Below are positions 25,345 to 37,659 of a stretch of 44,894 nt of DNA, one piece after another (position 1 is the stretch's first letter; the number at the start of each line of letters is the position of its first letter). Where the stretch lies: NCBI RefSeq assembly GCF_001194135.2, contig NC_069000.1, positions 38,797,333 through 38,842,226 of the forward strand, given 5' to 3'. The notes under the pieces were generated by a model. It was not told the origin of the DNA. It saw nothing but the letters and a program-made list of their open reading frames with translations, and ran no database searches. The translations under genes and the position numbers were made by a program. Source of the DNA: Octopus bimaculoides. Lineage: Eukaryota.

Positions 25345-25730
25345 GTTGGAGTGGCTGTGTGGTAAGAAAGTGCTTTCCAACCACGAAATCCGGAGTTTAG
25401 TCCCACTGCGTTGCACCTTTGAAATGTGCCTTCTTTTGTTGCTTTCTGGAGTCTTGTGGTTGGATTTAGTAAACGGAAACGCACAGAATTCCGTTGTATA
25501 TATATATGTGTGAATGTGTGTGTTTGTGTGTGTGCTTGGCCCCTACCACCTCTTGACAATCTGTATTACTGACTAAATCCTCGTAACCTAGCGGCTCGGT
25601 AAATGAGAATGATTAAACTAGTTCTCGGCTTTTAAAAAAAGCACTTGGTTCGATTATTTCGGCTAAAATTCTCCAAGTCGATGCCCCAGCATCACCACAG
25701 TCTAACGACTAAAACACCTAAGAGTAATGC
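25345..25730 (+). mobile_element. CORE-like SINE, diverged full length
   Basis: Head gagtggctgtgtggtaag, internal (TA/TG) tract and tail gatgccccagcatcaccacagtc; collinear with 2568-2886. Confidence 0.8.
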
Positions 25731-26678
25731 AGAATAAAAAAAATAATGAATGGAAATTGTTGATTCATGTCTTCATAGCTGAAAACATAGTATCTCATAA
25801 TGTTGCCAGCATTATACTTTATCTAAATGCTAATTTTCAAATAATCTTATTGCAATAAAATTAGAAAACCTAGGATTTCCTTGGCTCAGATTTGTAATTA
25901 ATTTATTCAGTTTGCATGTTCTGTAAGTTTCCGAATTTACATGAAACGGTCAATATATGAAGTGCAATAATTCCTTTAGACATGCTCGGGATACATGTTT
26001 GCAAAAATACTAAAGCCCTAGGATTTCAATTATCTCCGCATTTTCATTTTAATTATGGCAAACGAAAGAACTTTGTCGCCTTTTAATTATCTCTGAATCA
26101 CGTTCTCTTTTGGCAATTATTGTAATAATGTTTGTAACTGTAGGTTCGTGTGCTACAGATTAGTGAACGTTGCACTCACGTTTGCAAGAGAGTGACATCG
26201 ATTCCCAGACCGAATGGTGCGTTGTGTTCTTGAATGGTTCAGGGATCTTTTAGCTTAATCGTTAAGAGAGCACTCAGCTGCAGTTTGAGAGGTGCAGGAT
26301 TTGATTAATTGTAGAATGACCTCCTTTTCTACCTGTCTTCTAAAGGGATTTGCCCGATTCTCTAAGCCTTATTACTGAATTCCTGCGGTCACGTATTCCT
26401 TCATTTTCAAGGCGGTGACCCAGCATGACCACAGTAAAAATTACTGAAGTAAGTAGAAGATAGAAGATAAGAAAACCACTTTATTTCACGTTGCCCCAGT
26501 CTACCCGGCTGTAAACTGGTAATTCTGCGACTTCCAAGAATTTCCGTTGAGTCGGAATGTTGTTATTATTGTCATTTATCCGCCATGAGAACCGCATACC
26601 CGACCCTAGGATGACTAATATTCAATACAATAATGTCTAGAAACAGACAGTGCATTGTTGGTTGCTAGAGATGTTTAA

Positions 26679-26760
26679 AGGCGCATGACTTAGCGGTTGG
26701 GGTATTATGCTCACGATTGTGAGGTCGTGAGTTCAATTCCCGGCGAGGCACTTTGTTCCC
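26679..26760 (+). mobile_element. SINE tRNA-like head fragment
   Basis: ggcgcatgacttagcggttgggg...gtgagttcaattcccggcg contains A and B boxes only. Confidence 0.7.
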
Positions 26761-27649
26761 ACTGTATGCATATCGTTTGGGTCTTAACTCATACATTGAG
26801 CTGTAAAGGAGTGAGCGAAGAACTTCTCATAGATACTGTATGAAACAGTTTACCAACACAAACTCTCTATACTGTAGTTATAGAACGATTGAATCCACCG
26901 TTATACAATCCACGTAAAGTTAGTTTCAAGCACAGGCAATGCTTCTACATTTATTTTGTACATTACGCTAGAATAAATATTCCAAACCTTGTACAATGTG
27001 CCATTTACTATTCACATGCCTTTGGCATTAATTGCTAAAAACATATTTTTATAATAATTTTATTTAGGAGGTTACTAATTTATTACACACAAAATCTCGA
27101 CTAAAATCATATTGATCATTCAGAATGAATTTTGGAAATATTCTCAACATGAATGTTTAATATGGTTCACCTTATGCTAATAATTATTATTAATCAATAA
27201 CGTTCAGGAAAATAATTGTCCTTTGTTTTTTTCTCTATATAGTTTATTTCACTGCTCTGTCGCAATATTCCCCACAAATGTATGAATGACACTTTACAAA
27301 GTGAAAAATAATACTCGAATAAATGTTATTCGAGAAAACATGGCGCCAACAAATATTTCAATAATGGTATTTTTTTTAAACAATATTAATTCATAAAAAA
27401 ATCTAGTTATTTTAATAAATGTTGTATTTTAGCATATTTGTTAGCTTTAATTGTTCTAACTTCTTCATACAGACACTGATCACCTGGATTATATTCGCAG
27501 TGTAATTAATTAAATTAATTACCTACCATATTCATAACTCATGCATAAATTAATCGCAAATCCTATAATGAGAGACGCCGTACCACTCTTAAATAACATC
27601 AGTTTTAGAAGTATCCCTAATTTGAAGCATTAGTAACAATAACAATAGT

Positions 27650-28232
27650 TTCTAATTCTGGCACAGAGCCAGAAATTTCGGGGTCCTCAGTGTTCAGGTG
27701 GGACTTATTTTATCGACCGCGAAATGATGAAAGGCAAATTCGACCACTGCAGAACGTAAAGATAGACGCAATGCCGCTAAGTATTCTGCTTGGCGTGCAA
27801 GTGATTCTGTTAGCTCACCGACTTAGCGATTTCAGGAGAGGAGTAAGTCGATTTCATTGACCCCAGTACACAACTTTTATTAATTTTATCGACCACGAAA
27901 GCATGAAATGGATTTGAATTCAGAAAGTAAATACGGACCGAATGCCGCGCAGCATTTCGTCCTGCGGATCACCGATGCTTCTATCTACCAGCATAACAAT
28001 AACAACAACAACAACAATAATAATAATAATAACAATAATTCTCTCTACTGGAAGCACAAGGCCTCACATTTTGGTGAAGGGATTAAGTCGTAGCAGGCAC
28101 TTATTTAATCGACTCCGAAAGGATGAAAGGCGAAATCAACCTCGGTTGAATTTGAACCCAGAATGTAGCGACGGGTGAAGTATCGCTAAGCATTTCTCCC
28201 GGCGTACTAACGATTGTGCCAGCTCACTGCCT
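27650..28232 (-). mobile_element. Three tandem tRNA-derived SINEs (family with cctttcatcctttcggggtcgataaa core)
   Basis: Three collinear blocks, each with ttatcgac..gaaa.gatgaaa and a tRNA head (gctaagcatt...gccagctc), separated by AAC/AAT microsatellite. Confidence 0.8.
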
Positions 28233-28255
28233 TCATCATCATCATCATCATCATC

Positions 28256-28308
<53 letters not shown>

Positions 28309-28325
28309 TATAATAATAATAATAC
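28233..28325. repeat. (ATC)n then (ATA)n trinucleotide microsatellite
   Basis: Directly visible; source of the poly-Y and poly-D runs in the ORF track. Confidence 0.95.
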
Positions 28326-28398
28326 TGTGGTGAGTTGACATGCAGAGGATATGAACCAACTAGATAAAAAAATTGCTTGAAATTCAAAGATGACTCAC

Positions 28399-28434
28399 CT
28401 ATTTGATGAATGCTCCAGAAGAAAAGATCCCCAT
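28399..28434 (-). CDS. Candidate 36-nt exon, phase 1 to 1 (xGDLFFWSIHQI)
   Basis: Acceptor ctatctacccttctcatatag|A and consensus donor TAG|GTGAGT. Open in phase 1. Confidence 0.45.
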   Translation of the reverse strand: MGIFSSGAFIK

Positions 28435-29239
28435 CTATATGAGAAGGGTAGATAGAAGCATGATAAATAAAGTAACACAAAAGATAGATACTCCCCTGTT
28501 CGAAAATATAAGGACAAAGATAGTGTGTCGTATAGCTAGCTGACAAACCTCAGAATTCAGAACACACTTCAGAAACTGAATTCAACTATAAAAGATGAAC
28601 AGACGATATGTTAAGCTACAAGATACCACAGCTGCGATGTACAGTCAATAATTCTACAAATTTACAAAACTGCTAAACACCCCCAACAGAATTTATACCA
28701 GTGCAAAATATACCCATTAAATACATCAGTAGAGTATATATTTATGTATTTCTCTATCTGTCATGAGAAATACGAATTGTAATAAAATTATTAATTGTTT
28801 CTGATGATTTGCTGTAAAATTGTTAAACACTTCTAAAAGAATTTATACTAATGCAATATACAAAGCAATAATGTATATATTTCATTTCCTATACATGATG
28901 TCAAATATAAATTATGTTAATCAGTTCTCTTGATGGTTCGCTGTAAAACTGATAAATGCTACCCACTGTATTTATATCACTGTAAAACACAGCTATTAAA
29001 TGCTGTCCTATTTGATTGAAGTGATTCATCCTTGACTATTTTCTTCTGTCAGGCGTTGCATATCAAGGACTACATTATCTGTGTTCTCTTTTCAGCATGA
29101 CAGGGATGAACTTTGAAGATGTGGTTGCTATTTCCAGTATTTCAAACTAACATATAAGAGCATCTCTCATTGGTTTGCGAAACCATTTCTCTCTACGTCC
29201 TCCTACTTTTCTCCTCGTCATCGTCGTAATACTCATTCG

Positions 29240-30240
29240 CCATTTTTCATGGAGCAATCAAAGAAAACCAATAAATAATCCAAGCAGAATGTATAAAGAG
29301 GTTCGATAAAAGACGAATTTCCCTCAAGGATAACAATATATTCCGAAATAATCCTAAAAAATTGTAGTGATAAGTTGCCAAAATAAACATGAGTGTTAAA
29401 ACCCAAGGAATACATTCTGAGATATGGAACGCATTAAAGAGAAAATATGGAAAGATATCTCTGTTGAAGATCTAACGGCTGCGATGAGGACATATAACAA
29501 ACGTAAATCTCCCGGATAAGGTAGAACTTCTAACCTTGAACTGAACGCTCACTTTAATTCTCGTGAGAGATAGACCAATCAGTACAATAATATTATGTAT
29601 GATCCCGGTAAATTTCCGTCCTTGCTTGGTGAGTGGAGGACCTTACTTTCCAAAAGTGTTGAAAAAAATAATGCCCAGAACTGTTGACCAATATCATGCC
29701 TTAAAATTATAAAATTCTAACGTCCATCATTGATGGATACATATATACCTTTCTGATTGATAACAAGATATTGTTAAGGGACAGGCAGAATGAAATGTGG
29801 CTCGTATGGGTGTAAACCCAGCATTGAATTAATAAGACTATCCTAGGAAATTGCTACAAACGACACAAAAATACTTCCATTGTATGGCTTGATCGGAAAA
29901 CATTATTTAAGAAATCGCATCTGGAAGCCTTCCCCATCGCTGGATTGAGAAATGCTTGGAATTCTATAAAACCAATTCGTTATTGGTAATTTTCTAGGAA
30001 AGTACTATCACTTTCTGTTAAGATGTTCTTGTTACCGATGCAGTACAGCCTCAAGTCTTCATTTTTAGGACAGTAAGTTTGATTTTATTGACTCTCTGTT
30101 GCCTAAATGAACAGTGTGCTAGTCATAAGTAGGTCGGGCAGCACTAAGTAAAGTAGAGTGATGTTACTATCTTTTGCTGGCATTCAACTGAACTGTACAC
30201 CTTGGCGTCTGCATAGAGGGATACTAATAATGCATAAATT
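29240..30240 (+). mobile_element. R4/Dong-type non-LTR retrotransposon RT remnant
   Basis: Degenerate motifs NNIFRNNPKK, KSPG, PISCL, INKTILGNC..RHKNTSIVWLD and FPHRWIEKCLEFYK correspond to R4-clade RT (PITCL, INKMILENC, AWIDYKKAFDSVPHSWI). Confidence 0.75.
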
Positions 30241-30299
30241 CTAAGGCATAGGGTTCAACAATTCTTTTGTCCATAGCGTAAAAGGGCCCATGTAACATA

Positions 30300-30648
30300 T
30301 ACATTCCAACTACATGATTCCGGTTTCAGTCCCGCTGCATGGCACCTTGGGTAAGTGTATTCTACTATAACCTCGGGTCGATTAAAGCCTTGTGAGTAGA
30401 TTTGGCAAACGAAAACTAGAAGAAATGCGTCGTATATATATGTATTCTTCCTCCCTACCGCTTGACAACCGGTGCTCATGGGATTACGTACACGTAACAT
30501 AGCGGTTCGGCAAAAGATACCGATTGAGTAAGTGCCAGGTTTCCAAAAATTTGTAAGTACTGGGATCGATGCATTCGAGTAAAATTTCTAGTCGGTGCTC
30601 TAGCATGGCCACAGAAAAATGACTGAAACTAGTAAAAGATAAAAGATT
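30300..30648 (+). mobile_element. CORE-like SINE
   Basis: ggcaccttgggtaagtgtattctactataacctcggg and tail atgactgaaactagtaaaagataaaagat. Confidence 0.85.
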
Positions 30649-30800
30649 TAATATTGTGTTAGGAGCTGAATTAATTTCTTGGTGCGTATTTAAGTTTGAT
30701 CTTGATGTTGTTTGATACAGACTGATTGTTACCATTCTATGACTGTTTTAAATAACGAAACGTCCCATATATTATTTCCACCAACTACTTTCGTCAATAC

Positions 30801-30891
30801 CGATGTGGTTTGGCTCATCAACTACTCTGTGGTTTGGCTCAGCGTCAGAAATCAATATTAACGAATGATTGTTTGCTTTAAGATAAGCAAG
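30801..30891 (-). CDS. Possible 91-nt exon, phase 0 to 1 (LAYLKANNHSLILISDAEPNHRVVDEPNHI)
   Basis: Long pyrimidine tract ending ttcgttgaag|C and donor G|GTATTG. Bridges the phase-0 end at 33076 to the phase-1 start at 28434. Contains a 14-bp direct repeat (tgtggtttggctca on +) giving EPNH twice. Confidence 0.35.
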
Positions 30892-31269
30892 CTTCAACGA
30901 AAAGACATCAACGAAAATAAGTTTCATTACAATGAAACACAAACACAAACGAATGATATGTTCAATGATGAAATATTCTAACGAATGTCCATTTGCTTGG
31001 AATTACCATATCCGTCAACATATCAACCGATTTTAGTCAATATAAGAGACGGATGAGTGGACCGACATATGCAAATACATCCTTCGTCGAAAATCATCAG
31101 AGCAGCTCAAACGAAGGAACAAAAATGTCAGCAGTTAAGACGTTATTGAATTCTAGTAAGCGAAAAATTAGTGTTCACACACATTAAGGTAAGAGAAGGA
31201 AAAATTGTTCATAATAATTCTGATGCTAGCACTAACGATGGCAAATAATATTAATAATGGTGATTTCCC

Positions 31270-31360
31270 ACTCCATGTTCAAAATCCGCAGGGGTCAACT
31301 TTGCCTTTCATACTTTTGGGGGTCGATAAAATAAGCATTAGCGAGCACTGGGGTCACATT
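31270..31360 (+). mobile_element. SINE core fragment
   Basis: gttcaaaatccg...gcctttcatacttttgggggtcgataaaataag. Confidence 0.7.
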
Positions 31361-32157
31361 TTTTACAAACGTCACATTTTTTATATGCACAGCATTTAAA
31401 CTGTCTGCTGAGTATCTTCTGAACATCACTCTTGGATGAGTTAAAATACATTTTCTGTCTTAGTGTTTATCATGTGAAATTTTGTGTAGTCTAACAAATA
31501 TACCATTATCTGCTTAGGGAACAATAAATTTGAGTAGTGTCGTACGTCGTCGATGTAGCTATGTTTATTATGTATCCATTCTTATGTGAAAGTTGCCAGT
31601 ATATTGCTCAGTGTACTATTACTTTCGTTGTTGATATATAACTATTATAGTTGTACTTTTGTTGTTGTTCCTGTCATTAGTGGCAGTGATGCTGCTGCAA
31701 CGAGCCTACAGCAGGTGTATATATCAAATTTAATCCAATGTTGAAATGACATGGAAATACATCGCCAATAGTAATATTTACATGAAAGCTCCCCAATTGT
31801 AAAATCAGAAAGTGTCAATAACAAATGATATTACGATGCTTTACTGTTTATTGGCAATAATTAAAATATGGCAATAACGTGACGAAACGCCGCTGCCAAT
31901 GAAATTCACTTTCATGTGTCAACTATAATTAAATATACATTTTACATGCGGAATCAAGTGTAATATCTAACATTTCAAGTGAAACCAATGTAAAATATGG
32001 TACTACTTAAGATGTACATTTGCATACATAATTTCAAATATATTTCACAAACATTTATAAACATACCAATGGTGCTGTGATTCTGTGATGTTTACTTGAG
32101 TATTATAAGAATAAATAAAAATCAAATAATTACGCGTAGCAGTAACGACAATGAACA

Positions 32158-32241
32158 TAATTATTTTATTCAGTAATTATTTTATTCAGTAATTATTTTA
32201 TTCAGTAATTATTTTATTCAGTAATTATTTTATTCAGTAAT
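32158..32241 (+). repeat. Perfect 16-bp minisatellite (taattattttattcag) x5
   Basis: Five exact units at 32158-32237 plus a partial taat. Confidence 0.95.
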
Positions 32242-32864
32242 ACACTTGATATGTCTCTCATTTATTAATCTAAATAAATATAGCACCAAGAAACAGAGTC
32301 ATTATTTGACGCCTAATTAATTCAAAATAAGTACTTATATGCAGATCGATAATGAATTTCAGGATAACAAACTCAAGAACAAAACAAATTATCTTATCAT
32401 TATTAAGCTTGATATTTTTTTCTATGCAATCTCAAAGGACATTGTTTACAACGTGTTTCTTCAATTATCTGTATGTCTGAGTGCAAAGATTTATAAAGTA
32501 CATATATAGACCCAGGTGGACCGGTGCGTTGTGAGGGAATGAGTGACTTTGGAAGACGAAAACTATACAGAAGTCAGTGATATTCTTTTATTAGTTTCAG
32601 TCTTTTGACTGAGATCATGCTGGCGCTCTAGTATATATATATATANNNNNNNNNNNNNNNNNNNNNNNNNNNNNNNNNNNNNNNNNNNNNNNNNNNNNNN
32701 NNNNNNNNNNNNNNNNNNNNNNNNNNNNNNNNNNNNNNNNNNNNNNNNNNNNNNNNNNNNNNNNNNNNNNNNNNNNNNNNNNNNNNNNNNNNNNNNNNNN
32801 NNNNNNNNNNNNNNNNNNNNNNNNNNNNNNNNNNNNNNNNNNNNNNNNNNNNNNNNNNNNNNNN

Positions 32865-33038
32865 GCATTGTTGACAACCAGTGCTGGTGTGTTTATGTCC
32901 CCGTCAATTAGCGGTTCGGCAAAACAGACCGTTAGAATAAGTACTAGGCTTACAAAGAATAAGTTCCGTGGTCGATTTGCTCGACTAAAGGCGGTAATCC
33001 AGCATGGCCGTAGTCAAATGATTAAAAGCGTAAAGAGT
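32865..33038 (+). mobile_element. CORE-like SINE 3' half
   Basis: gcggttcggcaaaacagaccgttagaataagtactaggcttacaaagaataag...cagcatggccgtagtcaaatga. Confidence 0.85.
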
Positions 33039-33075
33039 ATATTTTGGCTATCGCCAAGCAAACATACGAACTTAC

Positions 33076-33152
33076 TTCGTCCCGCTTCCAGTTCGTTGCT
33101 TCACAGCGTTCAATATACACATATTTTTTCACGTCTGGCCGTATAGCCTCTT
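33076..33152 (-). CDS. Candidate 77-nt exon, phase 1 to 0 (xEAIRPDVKKYVYIERCEATNWKRDE)
   Basis: Acceptor cttttaacttctgtcag|A and donor GAA|GTAAGT. Only one frame is open; locally GC-richer than the flanks. Confidence 0.55.
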
Positions 33153-35247
33153 CTGACAGAAGTTAAAAGACTGATTTGTGTTATGCTGCCTTTATGGGAA
33201 AAGGATATTTTGTTTAACTTTTATATGAACCACATATTTCAAACTTCCCGATAATAAAATTTTCACAAATAATTTTACCCCAAACGTTAATGGGCGATCA
33301 TTGAATTCATCCATCACATTGTTGGCATTCAACAGATAGTAGGTTATTATTTGGCAGTCAGCCTATTATATACATTTTGTTTTATAATTTTTCATAAAAT
33401 GATGTCTTAAACTCAACAAATATCAAAATAATCATATCTGTCACAATGCTGTCTTTATTTGATTAAATATGTTTTTGAGACAGCAATAATGTATTTGTTC
33501 TTATCATCCATTAACTGTTCTACGTATCTCATGTAATACACAGGAATTATTTTCCTGGCCTGCCTGAATCTTAATATTCTTCAACGACTAGAATAACTTA
33601 AGATTTGTGAAAGGAAAGATTGAGATTAACCAGAACGTATGGAACCAAGAGTAACTAAAGTCGAAAGCAAACGTAGGTAGTTAGGTTTAGCTTATAAAAT
33701 AGTTTGAAGGGAAAACGTGTAGTAGATGAATTTCCATTATTCTTTTTCAAGACAAGGCTGCGAGATGGCAGAATTATTAGAGCTTCGAAAAAGAATATTC
33801 ATTGACTCAGCAAGTCAGTGTTCAAAGATTTTCAAAGAATCCAACTTCTATTTTATTTCCGATATATTGTATCTAGAAATATGTGCGTTTATTCCTTTAA
33901 TAAAAATTCTCATAATTGTCCTACATAGAGACACTTTAGTAGTATTCTGCAAAGCTTATTGTATTGTTTTCTATTCTTAGTTACTTTAAACTTGATGTTT
34001 TATATTACTAAAACAAATGCCTTTTAACCTAAAATAGTCGTATATGAATGACATCACCCTATGAAACAAAATAATATTTAGTTTTCGAATGGCACTTTAC
34101 ATCAATATTTTATAGGATTGTCTTGGTCTTTGGCGATCGGATAATTTCATCTTTACATGGAAGCTATAAAATTCTTCAGCGCTTTTGGATTTATAGTTCT
34201 AAATCAGATATTGATCATTGCTTCTTTTAATGGAGATATGGTGTCACTTAAGAAACTGTTGTCAGTCTCTCAACACATGATCGTAAATCCTGATTTTCTA
34301 TGAAGTTGCCAGCTCTCTCTTGGCAATTGTATCACCAATATTATATGATTTTTCTACTATTTCATTCTGGATTTTCAGTACAGATTAAGCGCCGTTGAAC
34401 TGATAAAAAAATTCTTTATTCACATCATGTTGAAACCAAATTACTGCTCTCAATTAGTGGGGAGAAAAATATGGTTTTCCTAAAAGTCTTTCGACAACTT
34501 TTAGCATCTAAATTTCCATTTACCATTACAATACGATCAAACGTACAACCTCATAGGGTCGTACTGACAACATTATTTATTTTATTGTTGTTGGGATAAA
34601 TTAACATACCAAATCTTCATTTGCTCAGTAGTTCCCATATTTCAATTCATGGCTTCCAAAAAATTAATAAATGCATCTCCTAATTTCATGCAAATTAATG
34701 CTAAAAATCTGCTCATAAATGATGTTCCCAGAAAAAGATGCTTAATTCTCTGAAGAATATTCTCAATTTTTCTCTCTTCTCGCTTTGACTCATCTTTCGA
34801 AAAGTCTTCATCTTGAAGCCCTGTCACTTAAACTGCAGACATTGCCATATAAGGTTTGCTGTATTTCTTTTGATGTCAACCATCGATCGCTTAACGGTAG
34901 TGTAATATAATGTCTGTTCACTGACTCCCTCCTTTGCATCAGTTTCCATTCATATTACAGGTTTCACAGAACCATATTGTCTAAAATGATAACAAACAGG
35001 GGATGCCCCAGCAAAGCCGCGGTCAAATGACTGAAACGAGTAAAAGAATAAAAACTCTCAGCATGAGATTTGCTGGAATTTCATCCGCTCTACTTTCAAC
35101 TTGTTGAAAGCTGTATCTTTCTGCATAACGACTTAGTTAATATTCACATACATGGTACTCAATCTTTCCTAAGGTAGGGTGACTTGTTAATAGTTGAAGA
35201 AAATATGTTGAAGCACATGTGCCAGAAAAAACGCATGTTTTCACGAA

Positions 35248-35294
35248 GATTGGCTGGCCAACGTGGTGTTGTAGATCCTGAACGCTGATTGGCT
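35248..35294 (-). promoter_or_regulatory. Two CCAAT boxes 39 bp apart
   Basis: gattggct at 35248-35255 and ctgattggct at 35285-35294; the latter is AGCCAATCAG on minus, the full NF-Y consensus. Lies in unique, locally GC-richer sequence. Confidence 0.3.
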
Positions 35295-35524
35295 GCTGAA
35301 AGTGGTGTGATCTTTCTCATTGCTTATCAGATATTGAATATAAAATATGTACTTATTCACCTATCTGAGACTTAGATAATTTCATTTTCCGAATTATTTC
35401 TTTTAGTGTAAACAACATATTAATTCCAAAGTAGGATAAGTGAAAGAATACTAAATTCTACTTGGAAGATGTCGAGAAAATAATTTCAACTTGGAAAATA
35501 ACATAAATCGTTAACAAAATTATT

Positions 35525-35850
35525 TCTTATCTTATCAGGTTTTGACAGTCGTTGGACTGCAGCCATGTTAGGGAACCGTTTTGTTATTAGGTTTTATTAA
35601 AATCTTACGCTCCTTATTCCACTTCTGTTGCTGCACTGCTAAATTATTGCGTGGACACAGACCGACACCGTTTGTCAAGCTGTGGTGGGAGGCAATCACG
35701 GGCTTCAGTTTCTTCTACTTAATCCACTCGCAAGAAACAAGTCGACCCGGGGCTATAGTGTAAAGCCATTACCGAAGGTGCCAAGGTGTAGGAATGAACC
35801 AGGAACTATGTGGTTAACAAGGAAACTTATTACCACATACCCACAGTTGT
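35525..35850 (-). mobile_element. CORE-like SINE, diverged
   Basis: Reverse complement of the tail (gactgcagccatg), middle (gtcaagc, gggcttc...cagttt) and head (gaaccaggaactatgtggtt). Confidence 0.7.
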
Positions 35851-36129
35851 ACCTACTCTTTGCTTAAATAACTGTCCCAAATTTGATCTCTACCACAATT
35901 AGACGAAAGGCGACTGCTACTTCTATCAGACAAGCTGGAGTTAACTGGATAATTTTGACTTGTGTCTGGTTTTAAGTTGAATGCTGCTATGTAGTTTAGT
36001 GCTGCATATTTCTAGTTATAAAAATTCATCCGTAGAATATGCAGATTTACATCTCCTTCATTTCGATTAGGCTTCAGCGTGAGGCGTTGAAGAATCTGTT
36101 CTCCTTTCATCACTTAACGTGTGTAATAT

Positions 36130-36342
36130 TGCTTTTAAATTTTGGCATAAGGTCAACAATTTTATGTGAGGGGGATAGTTGACTACATTGACTCCACTGC
36201 TCAAGTTGTACTTATTTTATCGATCTTGAAATGATGAAAGGCAAATTTGACCACGGTGGGATTTGAACTCAAGCGCAAAGTCGGACGAAATTCCGCTAAG
36301 CATTTTAACTGACAAGATAACTATTCAGCCAGGACGTAGCCT
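36130..36342 (-). mobile_element. tRNA-derived SINE (same family as 27650)
   Basis: ttttaaattttggcataagg...ttatcgatcttgaaatgatgaaaggcaaa...ccgctaagcatt. Confidence 0.8.
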
Positions 36343-37310
36343 TCATTAAAGTTATGTAACATTAAATCCTAATCAAGGATTTTCAGTCAATATTCACGAG
36401 TCCTTTGTATCAGATGTAACAGAATTTTATTGCATTCGAATTTTGTCCTGGCATTGGTGTTGCTACATCTAGTTATAGATAATGAAGTGAAATAGCAGTG
36501 ATTTTGCAAGTATTGAAATGATATAAAAAATATTTGGAAGCTGGTAGTATTTCTAAGGCCAAGTACAGACTGAGTTGCCTTGCAATGACTAGATTGGGCT
36601 CGTAAAAATTCAATGATGTGGACATAAGTAAATTTGAGAATGGTAATTTTGTGAGATTGGAACCGCACGTACAAAGGCCACTCATAATTTCTATAAATCT
36701 GTGAGCAGCTAGCAAAAAATATGACAATAATTTCTTCAGATGTGCTCCATATTTTTTTGCTATTTAACCAACTTCATTCTCAATACCAACTAATTGCTGA
36801 GCATTTGCAGCAAACAACGAAAATGTTGAAACCACATTAATGAGACATTAAGTGCACGTCATATTGCTAATATAATGAGTTGTTCCCCTTTTATCACCTC
36901 TTATAATTTTATTTGATGCATATTCTTCAATGAAAATTAATGTACGTTTATGCATTTTAATAAATATTCATTCAGTTTAAATGATGAATGTATGTTTACG
37001 TACATTCATCAAATAATATATCTATGTTATGTGATATTGTCAAAGCTCAGGTTGAGAAAATCTAATGCCAATGTGTTTTATGTTAATCACCTGCACTGCT
37101 TGCGTAGTTTTTGTTACTGCCATTATATGTAAGGGTGGATGGGCGAAACTACAAATACTTTTCGTACTAAGATTGATGAGGAAAACGGCTGCGAGCGATC
37201 CGTATATCTTGTCTTTTTTTTGTCGTGTTCGCCGTTTGTCCAGCTATCGTCTGTTTTTCTGCATGTTGTGTTTTGTTGGTTTCCGTCTGTTGTACTCTTT
37301 CTGTTCTACT

Positions 37311-37341
<31 letters not shown>

Positions 37342-37624
37342 NNNNNNNNNNNNNNNNNNNNNNNNNNNNNNNNNNNNNNNNNNNNNNNNNNNNNNNNNNN
37401 NNNNNNNNNNNNNNNNNNNNNNNNNNNNNNNNNNNNNNNNNNNNNNNNNNNNNNNNNNNNNNNNNNNNNNNNNNNNNNNNNNNNNNNNNNNNNNNNNNNN
37501 NNNNNNNNNNNNNNNNNNNNNNNNNNNNNNNNNNNNNNNNNNNNNNNNNNNNNNNNNNNNNNNNNNNNNNNNNNNNNNNNNNNNNNNNNNNNNNNNNNNN
37601 NNNNNNNNNNNNNNNNNNNNNNNN

Positions 37625-37659
<35 letters not shown>

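Noticed and set aside
10365-26760. tRNA-like heads as tRNA genes
   Set aside because: None folds into a full cloverleaf, and all continue into SINE bodies.
27670-27695. CTGAGGA-CCC-GAAA on the minus strand
   Set aside because: No room for stem II and no stems I or III; it lies inside a SINE tail.
30993-31195. ORF and splice-like sites on both strands
   Set aside because: The minus acceptor-donor pair has stops in all three frames, and the plus ORF stops immediately before the donor.
34642-34827. 61-aa minus ORF (GLQDEDFSKDESKREERK...)
   Set aside because: No good acceptor or donor and no recognisable family.
37165-37200. TTGATGAG-GAAAACGGCTG as a collapsed hammerhead before a T-rich tail
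   Set aside because: The core is mutated, stem II is absent and no stem I could be paired.
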